DNA of 64,000 bases from Vicugna vicugna (GCA_013265495.1 MU057701.1:496001-560000), one strand, 5' to 3'. Shown: positions 1 through 15,344, counted from the first letter of the stretch. Notes: generated from the letters alone by a model not told the origin. A program made the numbers and translations.

Positions 1-622
1 AAATAACCTAACATTGTTTCATTTTTCTGTTTTCTCTGAAATCAAGTTAAAAAAAACTTCTAAAATTTGCTCACATTAAGTGATCTCAGATGTACGACAG
101 TAAAACTACTTTTAATTCTATTTTTAAAAATGTCAACTCTATACCATTTGCCAAGAGGGTGGCCTGAAGTCTCTCTTTTTTTTTTTTTTGAGTCATTTTT
201 AAAGCATTTTAGGTTGTTATCCAGTGTGCATACAGTGGAAATAAAGCTCCTATAAGGAGAATGAATTTGGAGCATTAATGATGTAACTGGATGTGTAAGT
301 TAAAGCCACAAAGGAGTCTTATAAAAATGACTTTGTGTGTTAAACTGTGTCAACACGTTGTCACTTGATTTAGTTCAAAAACTGGACAAGGCAGGGAAAA
401 GGGGTAAAAACAAGCTACTGCGACTGAAACTAGTTTGACTCAAAAAAAAAAAAAGTTTATAGCCTACTGGGTAGCTCTGTACACATTTAATCTAGAGACT
501 TTCTGCCACAATACTAAAATACAAATTCTTCACAAATCACAAAATGTTATCCCAAATGTTCTTATATGTTCTATATGTTGCTTTTTAAATTCTACTAAAT
601 AATTGATAGCTTTACAACAAAA

Positions 623-1070
623 TTTATTTTATTTAAAAAACAAATTGCTATCCCACAAAATGTCTAGAAACACAGGTAATCATAGAAAGTAAACATGTAT
701 ATACTGCTTTTATTATTATAATTATGGTTGTTCACTGAATGAAAACAAATAATAGCTAAAAAGGTTTCAAATGATAGAAAAACACATTTAGGTAAGTTAT
801 GACAATTTTTTGAGTAGCCAGACAATAGAAATGTATTGTATATTTTTGCACCAATTGCAAATGCAAAGTTAACAATGAAATCGGGGAACTGAAAAATCGA
901 AGGGGCCTCAAACATATTCACTATCTTTTAAATTTTACACAAAAGAGCCGAGAATAGAAAAAAAACAAAAAACAAAAACCCAACATATACACCATAAAAG
1001 TCTTTTTTTTTGTTTTTAAATGACTGCCAATTTTATCTCTTTTCTAAAAGCATCAAGGGCACGAAGCCCC
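623..1070 (-). other. PSMD12: PSMD12 3' UTR with candidate AATAAA poly(A) signals
   Basis: AU-rich sequence after the stop; tttatt on + (AATAAA on -) at 709-714, 628-633 and 623-628. The true 3' end cannot be determined and may extend beyond the window. Confidence 0.6.
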
Positions 1071-1280
<210 letters not shown>

Positions 1281-2239
1281 CTACAAGAGAGAAGGACAAA
1301 CTGGATTAAGATAGGATAAAATTTTAGACAATAAACATATTTTAAGGAAAGTTTAGAAAGTAACTCTTCATTCAAGAATATGCAGGGCTAAAATTCACTA
1401 TTAATACTTAGCAACTGCTGAGTTCCTGCAATAATATACTTATTTTACTGAGAACCCAGGGAATGATTAGAACGATCAGAGTCAGGGCTCAGCCAGAATC
1501 TCCCTGCAAACTTAATGCTGAGGGTTCTCCAATAGCCTGTTGCCAACAGCAGCTTGATCTATCTTTTACAACGTTTCCCCCTAAAAGGGGGAAAAACAGT
1601 TAGTTTGTTTCCAGAAATGCTGAGGTAGAATATATGCTTTGCCACTTGGCAACTACGTAGTCATGGACAAGACACTTTAATTCTCCTCCAGAAACAAGAG
1701 CTGGTAAACTAACCAAGGATCAAGGCTTCTAACCTTACCATTCCACGATTCTTCTTTTTCTTCTAAACTGTTAGGACTCCTTCTGGTGACAGAAATGGCT
1801 TTTCAGACCATTATAACCCACTTCACTTAACTCTTATCTCTTTGGTCTTGTACGTTTTACCAGCATGAAACCTGGACCTGAATACGATACTCCTCTAACA
1901 CGTCCTGGGACCTCTTCAGGTGAACTGCGAGTCCAGTCTCCCTCATGTCTTACTTCTACAGCTCTCTTCTGGGAACCTTGGCATATTTGTTATAGAAATA
2001 TATACTTTGGACTTCAAATCAATCAATGTGAAACTAACATATTTAAGTGAACATTTTAACTAGGATATTAATATTAATATAACTATAAATTTGCTATTTA
2101 GGTCATTCTTTGGTATTCAGAGTGCTCAGAGAGCTTGGGGAAACTTTCTATCATCTAAACTTAAAATTAAGCAATAAAACAAAATTGATTTTCTCACTCA
2201 ATTTTTACAAGCCAATTGATTTTTTAAAATGAATGGCTA

Positions 2240-2377
<138 letters not shown>

Positions 2378-2959
2378 TCAGTAAGGCTAAAAGCCCATTT
2401 GTTTTCATACCCAAATAGGTTTAGTTAAAATGTCAAGTCTCAGATCTTTTATTTTTCTATAGTCCACCACTGGAATGAAGCTGGTTCTAAATGTCAAAAA
2501 CAAAACTAAACCCTTAGATATTCTGAGCTTCAGTAGTTATTTTAAAGTTATTCTGAGTACACTCTACAACTCTTTTAAAATATATTTTTTAGGTCAAAAT
2601 ACATAGCCAAAATATAGGCTTAACTAAATTATTTGTTCAAAGTTATTACTGTACTAAAATAGTTTTGCAAAATACAAGAATCTAAAGCTAAGTTTCTCTA
2701 ATTATGACACAAATGTTTAAAAGGCTAAAATTTAAAAAAATGATCCAGATCATGTGAAAACACCACTTTATCATTAGAACTACGTAAAGATAATTTGAAA
2801 TTAAACTTCTTAATTTTCACTGGAAATGGTGCTAAAGTTAGAGGCATCCCTTTGCTATTCTTAACGTTAAAGTTACTAACAAAGCAGCAGCACTCACAAG
2901 GAAAAACGGGAACAGTGAGGAGGAAAATGAACTCATCTTTGAAGCTGCATCTCCTTCCA

Positions 2960-3700
2960 CTTCTAATCAGGCTCGATGGCCAACACCAACCTCTCAGGAA
3001 GCGTGAGAATCACTCCAGATCTACCCTCCTCCACCTTCCTTCATCCTTCAAATTTAACCAATGACTAAATTCTATTGATTTTCTTCTTTAAAATCGTTTA
3101 TTCCATTCCATCCACTCTTCTTCCATACCTTGGCTACTGCCTTAATTCAAGCTCGGAAAGCCCCTCCCTTAGCTAGTCTTCTCATCTCTGTCTTTTCTCT
3201 CTCCCAGTCTGCTCGTCACCTTACTCCCAGAGGAATCTTTGTAAAATACAAGTCTGGTCATTATCCTCTAGGTTTTTACTACTGGGGTGTACAAACTCTG
3301 CTGTGATCCGGAGCTTTTCTGCATCTCCAGCTTCCTTTCTCACTGTGCCCTTTTCTTGGAGGCCCCCCTGCTGTGTGCTGCCTTCATGCCCTGCCTTAGA
3401 CTCTCCCAACCGCCTTCCCTGGTCTGCATGCTAACTACATCCTCTCCTCACAAATCTTCCCCCTGCATCAACCCTTCTGTGTCCTGCCTGGCCGTTCTTC
3501 TGGGTGGAACCAATCAGCTCTCCTTTCATGCTTCCCTCTAGTCTATTGTGCTTTTATTTATAAATGCATCTCCCCTCTCATTAATTTTTAAGCATTCTGA
3601 AGGTAGGGACCATGTCTTATTCTCCCATGTGTCTCAGCATTTTGTACAGTGTGTGGCACACAGAAGGCTCCCAACAAATATTTGTTATGTGAATGAATGC
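2960..3700 (+). mobile_element. L2 fragment
   Basis: Pyrimidine-rich body ending in GGCACACAGAAGGCTCCCAACAAATATTTGTTATGTGAATGAATG (L2 3' tail). Confidence 0.65.
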
Positions 3701-3966
3701 TGACATAATTCAATCTGTAGGGACACCAAGAAGATCAAAGGTCAGGTGCAAGACATGTTACCATTTCCAAAACCAAGTGTCCGAGAGAAAACAATCTCTC
3801 TATCCAGACCCATCCCTCATATTCTTAAGAAATTCCTTCTGCTATAAAATTTTGGATCCTTGAGAGGTCCTCTCAAAATGCAGCATGCTAATACATAGTT
3901 ATCTTTTCTGAAAAGCCAAAGATAGATGGGGGAAAAAAAAGACAAGAGGGGTAATAAGATAAATTC

Positions 3967-4048
3967 GGGGGGGGAGGGGTATAGCTCAGAGGTACAGTGC
4001 ATACTTAGCATGCACAATGTCCTGGGTTCAACCTCCAGTATCTCTGTT

Positions 4049-4079
<31 letters not shown>

Positions 4080-4099
4080 TTACCTCTCTCCCCACCCAA
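3967..4099 (+). mobile_element. tRNA-Ala-derived SINE (Vic-1-like), long form, with internal (AATC)n
   Basis: GGGGGAGGGGTATAGCTCAG...CTTAGCATGCAC...GGGTTCAA head; 11-bp TSD AAGATAAATTC at 3956-3966 and 4100-4110. Confidence 0.9.
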
Positions 4100-4167
4100 A
4101 AGATAAATTCTGATATGCTTTGGGAAATACACAATAAACATTTGACAATGAATTTACATCACTACTA

Positions 4168-4539
<372 letters not shown>

Positions 4540-5172
4540 TTAAGTTTCATCTAACACAACAGCCAATGTTAAAATATCAACAAAGATAGTTTTTATAACA
4601 TTTTGTTGGTGGATCAAGACACAAATTGATGATTATTTATGTTACCAACCTTACTACCTTTTTTTCCCACAGTAATTCTGAATACAGCATTCCCCTGCTT
4701 AACATTCTACTCTCTCCTGTATTGTGTCTGCCAATCTCTGGACTAACTGACTGTAAACTTACTAATGAAACAGAAAAAAGAAAAATAGCTTAAAAAAAAA
4801 AAGCCCACTGTCCTTATGATACAGTCTATGCCTGTTTTATATAATGAATTTTCAGAAGCATGTATTTCCAAAAATCACAAAGCCCCAAACATTTACTAAT
4901 GATAAAAATTTATCAAATGGTTAATTAACCAAAGGCAGCTACAGTGAGCTTGAAATAAAACTTCTACTTGGTAAGTGGTTTAGAATGAAGTGTGTTATGA
5001 TTTCTTAACATTAATTTCTAATGCAGTGCTAAAAATCACTCTATTATCTCTAGTTTTATTCTCTAATACAATCTATCAGCAACCAATTAAGAAGTGTACA
5101 ATGAAGTTAACCAATTTTCTTTCAAAGTGGCACTGCTACTGAGACATACTATGCTAATTATAAAAGTACTTA

Positions 5173-5286
<114 letters not shown>

Positions 5287-5896
5287 CTAAAAAATCATAC
5301 AATACAACAGATTACATGTGCGATGAGAAGCAAAATGGAAACTTCAGCAGAAAGTGAAAATTAATGGAATTGTATATATTTGTTTTTAGTATTGTACTCA
5401 AAAGCCTTAGGAAAAAAGTCCTGTTAAGTTTCACCTTCTTCATAGTGTCTTTCTGTCATATTTACTTTTCATAAAACTATTATAAAACAATTATAGTCAA
5501 CTTTTGCTAATTTGGATTACTACCTGGGCTGACTTTTTTTTTTTTTTCAATTGAAGTATAGTTGATTTACTTAGTCTCAGGTGTATAGCAAAGTGATTCA
5601 ATGATACATATACATACTTTTTCAGATAACTTCCCAGAGTATAGCTAGGTCTTTATCTGTGACCTTTATTAGAAGGTAACCTGCTGTATATATTTCAAAT
5701 AGTAAGCCTACATTTCTTCAAAGGCCATAAATAGCTTAGAGCATTGCTACAATCTACCTGAATCAGCAAGGATGAAGTGAATCATCAACATACTGAACAG
5801 AAAGCAGCACCTGACAACTGCGTATAATCACTGAAGTTAAAATGATTTCAACATACATTAAGAATGCTGGAAAAAGTTAGGAAGAAATTCTTCCTA

Positions 5897-6293
<397 letters not shown>

Positions 6294-6544
6294 CTAGCAG
6301 AGTAAATCCCCAAGTAAGTTAATAATATTTAAAAATTGCAATAACACTAAATAGACCTTGACACAATATTGTAAACTGACTATACTTCAAAAAAAAAAGG
6401 TAAAAGAAAAACTAAATGGACCTTAAATATTCACATTTGATAAACAATAAGAACATTCACGCCTATTGGGAGAGTGTTGATATCTAAAGCTAGTTTCCTC
6501 CAGGAAATTAAAAATTTAAAAATTATTATACAGTAAAATGGATT

Positions 6545-7050
6545 TATTTCTTTCGGTGTAAAGTTTTATGAATTTTAGCACATGTATGGATTTGTGTAAC
6601 CACCATCACAATCAAGATATAGAAGAATTCCATCACGCTGAATAACTCCCTCATGCTCCCCCTTACAGACACATGCTGCCCCCATACATAATCCCTGACA
6701 ACTAATGATCTGTCTCTAATACTACAGAGCTGTCTTTTCAAGAATGTCAAACATAATATGCAACTTTTTGAGACTGTCTTTGTTACTCAGCATAATGCTT
6801 TAAATAATAAGATTCATTCAAGCTGTTGTGTATATCAGTTCGTCCTTTTTATGGCTAAGCAGTGTTCCATCACATGAATGGATCACAGTTTATCCACTCA
6901 CCTGCTGAAGAACAACTGGGCTGATTCCACCTTCTGTCTATCACAAATAAAGCTATCTGAATATTAGTGAACAAGTTATTTGTGAACATAAGTTTTCATT
7001 TCTCTTGGGTACCCAGGGATAGGACTGCCGGGTTATATAGTAAGTGCATG
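6545..7050 (-). mobile_element. Old L1 (L1M-type) 3' fragment
   Basis: Typical L1 3' UTR motifs on the opposite strand (TACTCAGCATAATG...GATTCATTCAAG...CAGTTTATCCACTCA). Confidence 0.7.
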
Positions 7051-7054
7051 TTGT

Positions 7055-7135
7055 TTTGTAAATGGAGGTACTGGGCATTGAACCAGGACCTCGTACATGC
7101 TAAGCACATGCTCTACCATTGAGTTTACCCTCCCC
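7055..7135 (-). mobile_element. tRNA-derived SINE, short form, at the end of an old L1
   Basis: Reverse complement of the same tRNA-like head (GGGGAGGGTAAACTCAATGGTAGAGC...GGTTCAATGCCCAGTACCTCCA). Confidence 0.85.
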
Positions 7136-7251
7136 AAGACTGATCTGTTGATCCTGCTTTTCTTCAAAACTTTTTCAGCAGCTAAGTTCAGTTGGGACCA
7201 TGATCACAAAACTTCCAGCTACCAGAATAACTTTACACTCTGTAGTGCTCA

Positions 7252-7470
<219 letters not shown>

Positions 7471-9051
7471 CTACAAATATAAGAAATTTATATTATCTAA
7501 ATTCCTACAGAATCATGTTAAAATTGACAAGGTAGAAGTGAATAGTGCTCAACAGGGTATTTATCTGGCAGCTGTCATGCACTTTATCCTCCACGTACAA
7601 ACAGTGCTATGTGACATTTTACATTTCACAATCATATAATTTTTAAGAAAACATCTCTATAAAACATTATCCATACTGTGCAGCTTTGCTTTGAGAGCCT
7701 AAGTATTAAATCACTGTGTTTAACAAAAAATAGGACCAAAAACTACATAAATGGCACAGAAAGGAAACTGCCTTTAATAGGATTATTTGAAAAATAACAC
7801 ACTTTACAAAGGGGCGTAGCAGTTTAGTATCTAAAATTCAATCAATATTCTCATTTTGATTTCTCCTTAAATGCAATGCTACTTTCTCTAAAATTATCTG
7901 ATTTTGATAAGTATTAAAAGTTACTAGCATTTTTTGGTAGCTATGGGTAATGTAGTAGATTTGTGATTTCTAACAAATTAAACATTAAAAATGTAACTAT
8001 AGTGTAATAGAGTCTAGGGAACTTATTTATACTCATGACTGGGTTTGCTGACTTGTTTAGCCTTAGCTCTGTAGCGGTCTCTTTTCCCAACTCCATCCTC
8101 AAAATACTTCCTCTCCAATAACAACGAACTGCTTACAGTTTCCTAAATGTACTCTGAGTTTCTTACTTGGATATCTCTGTATAGTTTCCCTTACGTCTAA
8201 AATGTCCTTCTCCATATGCCCTGGCCCAGTAGAATTTCTGTTCATTCTTAAAAAGCCAGCTAAGCCACCATCAACAGTTTGCAATTTGAGGCTCCTCTGG
8301 GCCCCTCAGTCAGTCATCCCCTACCTCTGTGCTGCAGGGGACAACAGGCACACTGCTACTGTCAAGACCAGCACAGCAACTACTGCTATGATTCATCTCT
8401 TTGAGGTTAAAAATAGTGTCCTGCCCATTTTAGACTTCGCACAACACAGGTAGGTGCTCAATAAACATTTAATGAACTGAACTGTCAAAGAGGCAATCTA
8501 AATTAGGTATAAGCTAAGTTTCTACCTTCCAAACCACAAAAATCTACCTAGCAAGAAACATCCACCATGGTCACCATTTCATAGTTGCCCTTTTCAGAGA
8601 AACATTAGATTGGTGGTGTGAGTAGGGAAGAAAGGGATCGAAAGAAATACAAATAAATTCTGGCAAGACAGTGAAATTTTGAAAACTAATCTCACACTGC
8701 AAATACTCAATGAAACCTTAACTATCCCAAACACGGACTTCTCAAGTAGATCTAGGCCATGTGAAGAATTAACCGTATCTTTAATTATTACATGTAAATC
8801 TGAAATAAGATCACACTAATTTCTAGAAAAATCTGGATATACTAAGATTATCACTAAGTATATTCATAGGCATGAGGGATGACACGAGAAGGAAATGTAC
8901 AAAGATATGGGTTAAATTAAGGTGAAGACATTTTGTGTATTTCATCTTAAAAATACTTACATGTACTTATATAAATATGTACTTATATAAAATGTTCAAA
9001 TGCATAAGTATCTCTGAATACAGACAAGACAGTACTTATCACTGCGAGTTA

Positions 9052-9177
<126 letters not shown>

Positions 9178-9818
9178 CTAAAGTAATAAAAATCATTCCT
9201 AAGTTAAATTCATTCTTCATACTGGAAAAGGAAGTATTTTATCGATGGAAGTGCTATGGTCAAATCTGGTCTTTCCAAGCAACTCTAGATACTGAAATGC
9301 CTGTAAAAAAATACCAAAACCTCCCTTAGCTAAGAAGTACTGAATAATGAGTAACAAATCAATAAAGGTTAGGAAAACCTCAGGTACAAAGACTTTACCC
9401 CTTTCCACTACAACTGGTTAACTGATTACACAAAAGGAAAGGTGGAATGTCTGGCAATGCCTATTAGAAGGCTGGCTACCTAGCATTTTTGCAGCCAAGC
9501 AGAAATGTATGGAAGAAATAGCAACAGATTAAAGGGGGAAAAAGGGGGGAGAGAAAAGCAGAGTTTAACAGTGGCTGTGACAGCAGCAAAGCCATGACCA
9601 GCAAATACTGTGACTGGAGGGAAAAAGAGTTGGTGGCACAGGCAGAAAGGTCGAACAGCTCCATCCTCTGGGTGAGGAGGAGGAGTCACAGCCAGCCACG
9701 CTCACCTTAAAGGTATGTGATGGCGAAAGGCACAGCATCTCCTGCCCACGGTTCCCCGCAGGTAACATAAGCAGGCTGGACTACATTTCCTCCAGCTCTA
9801 ACATTCTATGACCTAGGT

Positions 9819-10043
9819 CAGGGGTCAGCTAACCTTTGCTGAAGATTTTAATAAATATTTACACAGTAAATACTTTAGACTTTGTGGGCCATGGGGTCTC
9901 CATGGCAACCTTTCAGCTCTGCCTTTGTAACTCCAAAGCTGCCACAGGTCCATACATGACAAATGGGTGCGGCTCTGCCCCCAGAAACTTTTATTTAGGT
10001 GGCAAGTGGGATTTGGTCCCTGGCCCAGAGTTTGCCAACACCT
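9819..10043. mobile_element. hAT-Charlie MITE (MER58-like)
   Basis: Terminal inverted repeats CAGGGGTCAGCTAAC ... GTTTGCCAACACCT. Related copies lie at about 45508-45805, 49750-49910 and 56150-56362. Confidence 0.7.
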
Positions 10044-10093
10044 AATCTAAATTCTAAACAACATTTCATAATCATTGATAATAATAATTAGGA

Positions 10094-10192
10094 TCCAGAG
10101 TACTTGCTCAGCATGCACAGGGTCCTGGGTTCAATTCCCAGTACCAACTCTGAAATAGATTAAACCTAATTACCTACCCACCAAACAAAACA
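10094..10192 (+). mobile_element. 5'-truncated tRNA-derived SINE, long form
   Basis: Lacks the A-box; TSD AATAATTAGGA at 10083-10093 and 10193-10203. Confidence 0.85.
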
Positions 10193-10504
10193 AATAATTA
10201 GGACTCTGTCATGAGGAAAATGCTGATTAAGCATATTTTAAGATAGCAGAAGAGTAAACAGAATATCCTGCTGTCAATTATACCCCCATAAAGCTGAAAA
10301 AATAAATCACATGATGCATCTTGCAAAGATTTCTTTGAAAAATACTTAAGGTTCACATAGCCCAGATCAGACTTTAAATAATTTGAAAATTAGCTGTTCA
10401 GAGATCTTCAGGAGTTCCAGAAGGCAAAGGTTTTATTGTAAAATGTAACTTTCAGTAGGTACAAAGCTCTGGAACACCTATTCTCTCACAAAAGAGATGA
10501 GCCT

Positions 10505-10640
10505 GGGGGGAGGACATAGCTCAGCAGTAGAGTGTGTGCTTAGCATGCACAAGGTCCTGGGTTCAATCCCCAGCACCTCCATTAAAAAAATAATAATAAG
10601 TAAATGAACCTAGCTACCCCCTCCCTCCCTCAAAAAGAAA
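10505..10640 (+). mobile_element. tRNA-derived SINE, long form
   Basis: A-box and B-box-like motifs present; flanked by the AAGAGATGA repeat. Confidence 0.9.
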
Positions 10641-12353
10641 GAAGAGATGATCCCTCTATGGTTGAAGTAATGCTGATCCCTGTGCTCGGGTGACAGTGAA
10701 TCTTAAGCAATCTAGAAAAGGTTATTTTTTAAAAATTACTACTTTCTAACCCTGATAAAGCAAAAAAAGAGAAAAGTTTGAAGTAAAAAGTAATCACGAG
10801 AAAAATAAAGAGACATTTTGAGTCCCTAAGCACTTCCCATGGCTGTGAAGACGTAACATGTTACGGCAGAAAGAGCAGCTCCAGTTCCAGTTCTGGTGAT
10901 GATGTCACTAGGTGGCTATGAGTCTGACTCAAACTCCTCTTCCTCCAAGAAACCTTCCCTGGGAAATCTAATTAAAATCTTTCTCTTCCTCTTCCATATA
11001 TCTTAGTACCCTTCCACTATTCCAACATCACATGTTGCCCTGTATGTGTATAATTAAAAAAAAAAAAATCTTAGGACACTTGTTAAAGATTGTCATCTAC
11101 TATGATTACTTGTGATTTATATTCTGTACTAAACTATAGGCTACTTACATGTTTCTTCACATTTCAAGAGTCTTACATATAAAATTTGGTTTCTCGACCA
11201 CTAAAGTAACAGAGTGAGAGAAAACAGTCCCTTCTACTGGCTCTAAAATTTTATAACTATGAAATTAAATCCATATTTTAGGATATGTGCTTTGAACTTT
11301 ATTAATACTATATAAAACACATATTTTTACTTCTTTCAACACAGGTGGCCCCAAGATTTCTAATTAAGTAGCCCTTTCAAAATTGCCCCATAGAAAGCAA
11401 GTCTCAAAAATTCAGAGGAAGATGATTGTTTATCTATGTTGGCCTCTCAAATCACAGAACGGAGCACTAAAAGAGCATATTTAAATGAATTCGACATTCA
11501 CATGTACTAGAGTGCCTAAGTTAAATCTATGCTAATTCTTAACAGTGAATTTTATGTGCATGCGAAGTTATCTTAAAACAAACAAACAAATAAGCCCAGT
11601 AACTTTGCTTTCTGCAAAAAATAATTTAACTCACTCTAATACTACACTCACTCTAGTAGCAGACTAATTAACAAAATAAGGGATTTGGACAGGAACCTCA
11701 TGTTTCTATTTTTGGTTCCACTACTACTCTGTTTTATCATTTGAAAGCAAAAAAATAAAAACACAGAAGCTACTTAGGGAACAGCATTTTAAAGATGAGA
11801 TACAAATGTAAAAAGTGGAATCTTCCACTACAGCAGATCACTGAAATATGCCTCAAGCACAACAGGGAAGCAGTAAAGGAAATCCAGCTTCACAAAAACA
11901 GCAAGAGTACACCAGAAATTAATACAACACTGTAAATCGACTATACTTCAATTAAAAATAAATAAATAAAAGAGAACTTACATTATTGTGATAATGTAAT
12001 CTGAATAATGGCCTCAAAAATAAGTTAAATATTAAGGGCTTAATAAAAGATATGATTAAATGATTATAGATTATCAACTTGATGGATTATAACATAACCA
12101 TTTAAAATAATAAACACGAAGGAGCAACATGGAAATAGAAGAAAGCTGTGTCAACACTCAGTACATTTTGTAAAAATATGCAAATATATAAAGACTAGAA
12201 GAGAAAACAAAAATAAAAGCAGTTGTCAATGAGAATATGGATAGAATTTTTAAAAACTCTCTAAATTTTGTAATATTTAACAGATTTAAAGTAGATTCAC
12301 GGAAAGGTTTGCTAGAAGTCCTTATTTGAATGTGAATGTTTTTTGAGCAATCA

Positions 12354-12533
<180 letters not shown>

Positions 12534-12575
12534 TTAAATTAATGGCAATTGAGGTTTTCACTATAATCTACTCAC

Positions 12576-12635
12576 AGTACGGGTCTGTTTTTCCAAAGAG
12601 AGAAGGGTTTCAATGACTTCTTGAAGTCTTCCTTC
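12576..12635 (-). CDS. PSMD12: PSMD12 exon 2 (EGRLQEVIETLLSLEKQTRT)
   Basis: tttag|GAA ... ACT|gtgag; 60 nt; continues the PSMD12 protein in frame. Confidence 0.97.
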
Positions 12636-13083
12636 CTAAAACCAAAGATAAGTGAACAATGAAAACACCACCACCAACACAAAACCACATAACTAGTCTA
12701 AAATGAGATGTTTCTGACACAGAAAAGGAAAAAAATCAATAGCCTATTTTAGAGGACCAGCTCTATAACTAATTTTGTTGTTTTTCTCCTTTTCATGATT
12801 TCATCTTCTTCAGTGGATTCCGTAAGTCAGTGGTTCCCAACTTGGGGCCCACAAGCTATTTTTCACATTTTGAAATGCCTAGGAGAAAGTGAATCTAGAA
12901 CAACAATGATCTAACACCTGAGAAAAACATCAAATCTTTGTTTTGGATTCCAATTTATCATCTCAGTGTGGTAACTCCTGTTTATCTTGTTCTGAACAGA
13001 CTTTTAACTGGCAGTCACATGTGTCTTTGAAGAATAAATATGGGAAAATGAATGATTTCTTCACAAAGCCACCATTAATATAT

Positions 13084-13207
13084 TTTTTTTTTGGAGGGGG
13101 TAGGTAATTAGGTTTATTTATTTATTTTAATGGAGGTACTGGGGATTGAACCCAGGACCTTGTACATGCTAGGCATGCACTCTATTACTGAGCTACACCC
13201 TCTCCCC
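13084..13207 (-). mobile_element. tRNA-derived SINE, long form
   Basis: Reverse-orientation copy with a T-tail; flanked by the CATTAATAT repeat. Confidence 0.9.
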
Positions 13208-13619
13208 ATCATTAATATTTTAAAACATTAAGTCCTGAGGAGAAATAAAAAGGATATTTGGTGGTAAGAAGATAGGAAACTTTGGTTTAATTTTTCAATG
13301 ACTTTGGAAATAAATTATAATTGTGCTTAAAGAAAACGAAGACTACCTGAGAATACCCATGCACGCTACAACAAAAGTAATCAACTTAGAGCAACCTCTA
13401 CCTCATGTGAAAACAAAACATTCTCCCTTGGACATACATTAAGAAATGAGAATAACAAAATATATATAATATAAACCTAGATGATAATATACCAGGACTA
13501 AAATAAGCCATCCTATCAGGAACCATATACCATGATAAAAAAAAAAAAAAAAAAAAAAAAAGTTCAGGAAGCGGTATGAGTCAGCGGGTTTTCGTAGCCT
13601 CTGCGGCTTCCCAAGCATC

Positions 13620-13833
13620 TGCCACATCTAATGTTTGGTGCTTTAGCAGCCGTTTTTGAACAATGAGGTATCTTTGGAAATGGAGTCCATGCCAGTGGAT
13701 AGCAAAACACTGGACCAGCCCTGAACTCACTTCTTGCACTTTTGCAAAAGAGAAATAAACTTCTATCTCATTTAAGCCACTGCTTTGGGGGATTTTCTGT
13801 CACTTATAGTTGAACCCAATCTTAACTGATACA
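13620..13833 (+). mobile_element. Old MaLR (MLT1-like) LTR fragment
   Basis: AATAAACTTCTATCTCATTTAAGCCACTG...AACTGATACA, typical of an MLT1 3' end; the 5' boundary is uncertain. Confidence 0.6.
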
Positions 13834-15344
13834 ACAGCATTTTTATGATAGTAAAGAAGTGAAAGCAACCTCAGTGGCCCATAAAAAGGGACTGGTTAAA
13901 TTCGTTCACTCATTTGCTTACTCATTCATCACATTTTTAAAGAGTACCTACCACATGCCTGGCTCTCATCTAGGTGTTGGGGATACAGTGGTTTAAAAAA
14001 AAAGAAAGATGTTGTCTCTGCCCTCAAGAACTTTGTTAGAAGAGGAAGCAGAAGACATAAATAAATGGATGACTAAAATATAGCTTAATTAGTGAAACCA
14101 TAGAGGCTGAGTAGTTTCAAAAGATATATTTTAATGAGATGGGGAAAATGTTCATGACACATTGCTAAAAACAGTAAGTCATTTAAGATCATGCATAGCA
14201 AGTCCAGTCTGTAAAGCTCCATATATATTTGCACAGAGAAAAATGTATCCATGATTTTGTCCGAACACCTTGAATAGCACTGGCGTTTAGCAGGCAAACA
14301 ATACATGGAAAATGAATGAAAGAATCTATTTCAGGGTGGAGGGATTACTTCTTTCCTCTGTATTTTTGTAGACTTTCCAAATGTTCCCCCAGAATATGTT
14401 TACTTTTGAAATAAGGAAAAAACTATCACCACGAGGAAAGAGCGTGAATTACAGAGCAGAGGATGCGGAGGGTGGTGATTTTAGTGAGAACACAAACTAA
14501 GTTGTGCCAAACAGTCTCAAAAAGGAACTTGAGTCTGAGGTCTGAGCTTGGCCCCTGCCTGGGGGGAGGACACCCGAAGGGTCTGGGTCTCCACCCCAGG
14601 TGCTGTCTGCAAGCAGGCAGGGAAGAAAAAAAAAAAAAAGCCCACAGTACAAAAATAGCATTTATTTTAGGTAAAGATATAACAATGAATGAATTAGAAA
14701 TGATGAGGGTTTTATTTATAAATGAATTTTCTAATTGTAAAGGAAATTTATTTTTATTTTAATGACATTCATAGACAGTATATGAGTACTACTCTTTTAC
14801 TGATGAAAGAAACTAAACAGCTTTTGAATTAAGGGCACAAATAATACTTGGACTTTTCAAAATATGGTTCCCATATTTTCTAAGATAACTTTTAAACTAT
14901 GAATTTTCTATGCAGCACAAAATATGTACTGTATAGCCATTGCTTGAATTTATTTTGATTAAATCTGAAACATACACACTTACTAACATTTTAACAATGT
15001 TTCCTATGCAAAGGGGAACACCAGTTCTGAAAGCTGACTAGATTCCTGCGTACAATAAACGCTGGCTAAATGTCCATCAGAGCAAATGAACAAAGAACAA
15101 CCTATAAATTCTCCAAAGTTAAAGGCTTATAAATTATAAAAATCAAAGAATCTTAGAACTGGAAAGACAGCTGGAGATTCACTTCATTTTAGAGATTAAA
15201 AAGACTGAGGACCAAACAGCTTGGCCATCAACAGAACCAGAAGCCAGAGCTCTTGCCTCCTGGTCCAACGCTCCCTCCACTACACTCAACCATATTAGTT
15301 TAAATCACGCCTTTGCTTCCATCAAGGTAATTTCAATTAAAGAA

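Noticed and set aside
8961..8991. Small direct repeat ATGTACTTATATAAA x2 (similar ones at about 40744-40772 and 62076-62117)
   Set aside because: Ordinary slippage duplications.
9700..9845. Strong-looking donor AAG|GTGAGC on the - strand in PSMD12 intron 3 (possible poison exon)
   Set aside because: I found no convincing upstream acceptor or pyrimidine tract; isolated donor motifs are common.
10505..10581. Apparent tRNA-Ala(AGC) gene (and similar copies elsewhere)
   Set aside because: G-rich 5' extension, mismatched stems, A-rich tail and TSDs mark these as SINE copies, not functional tRNA genes.
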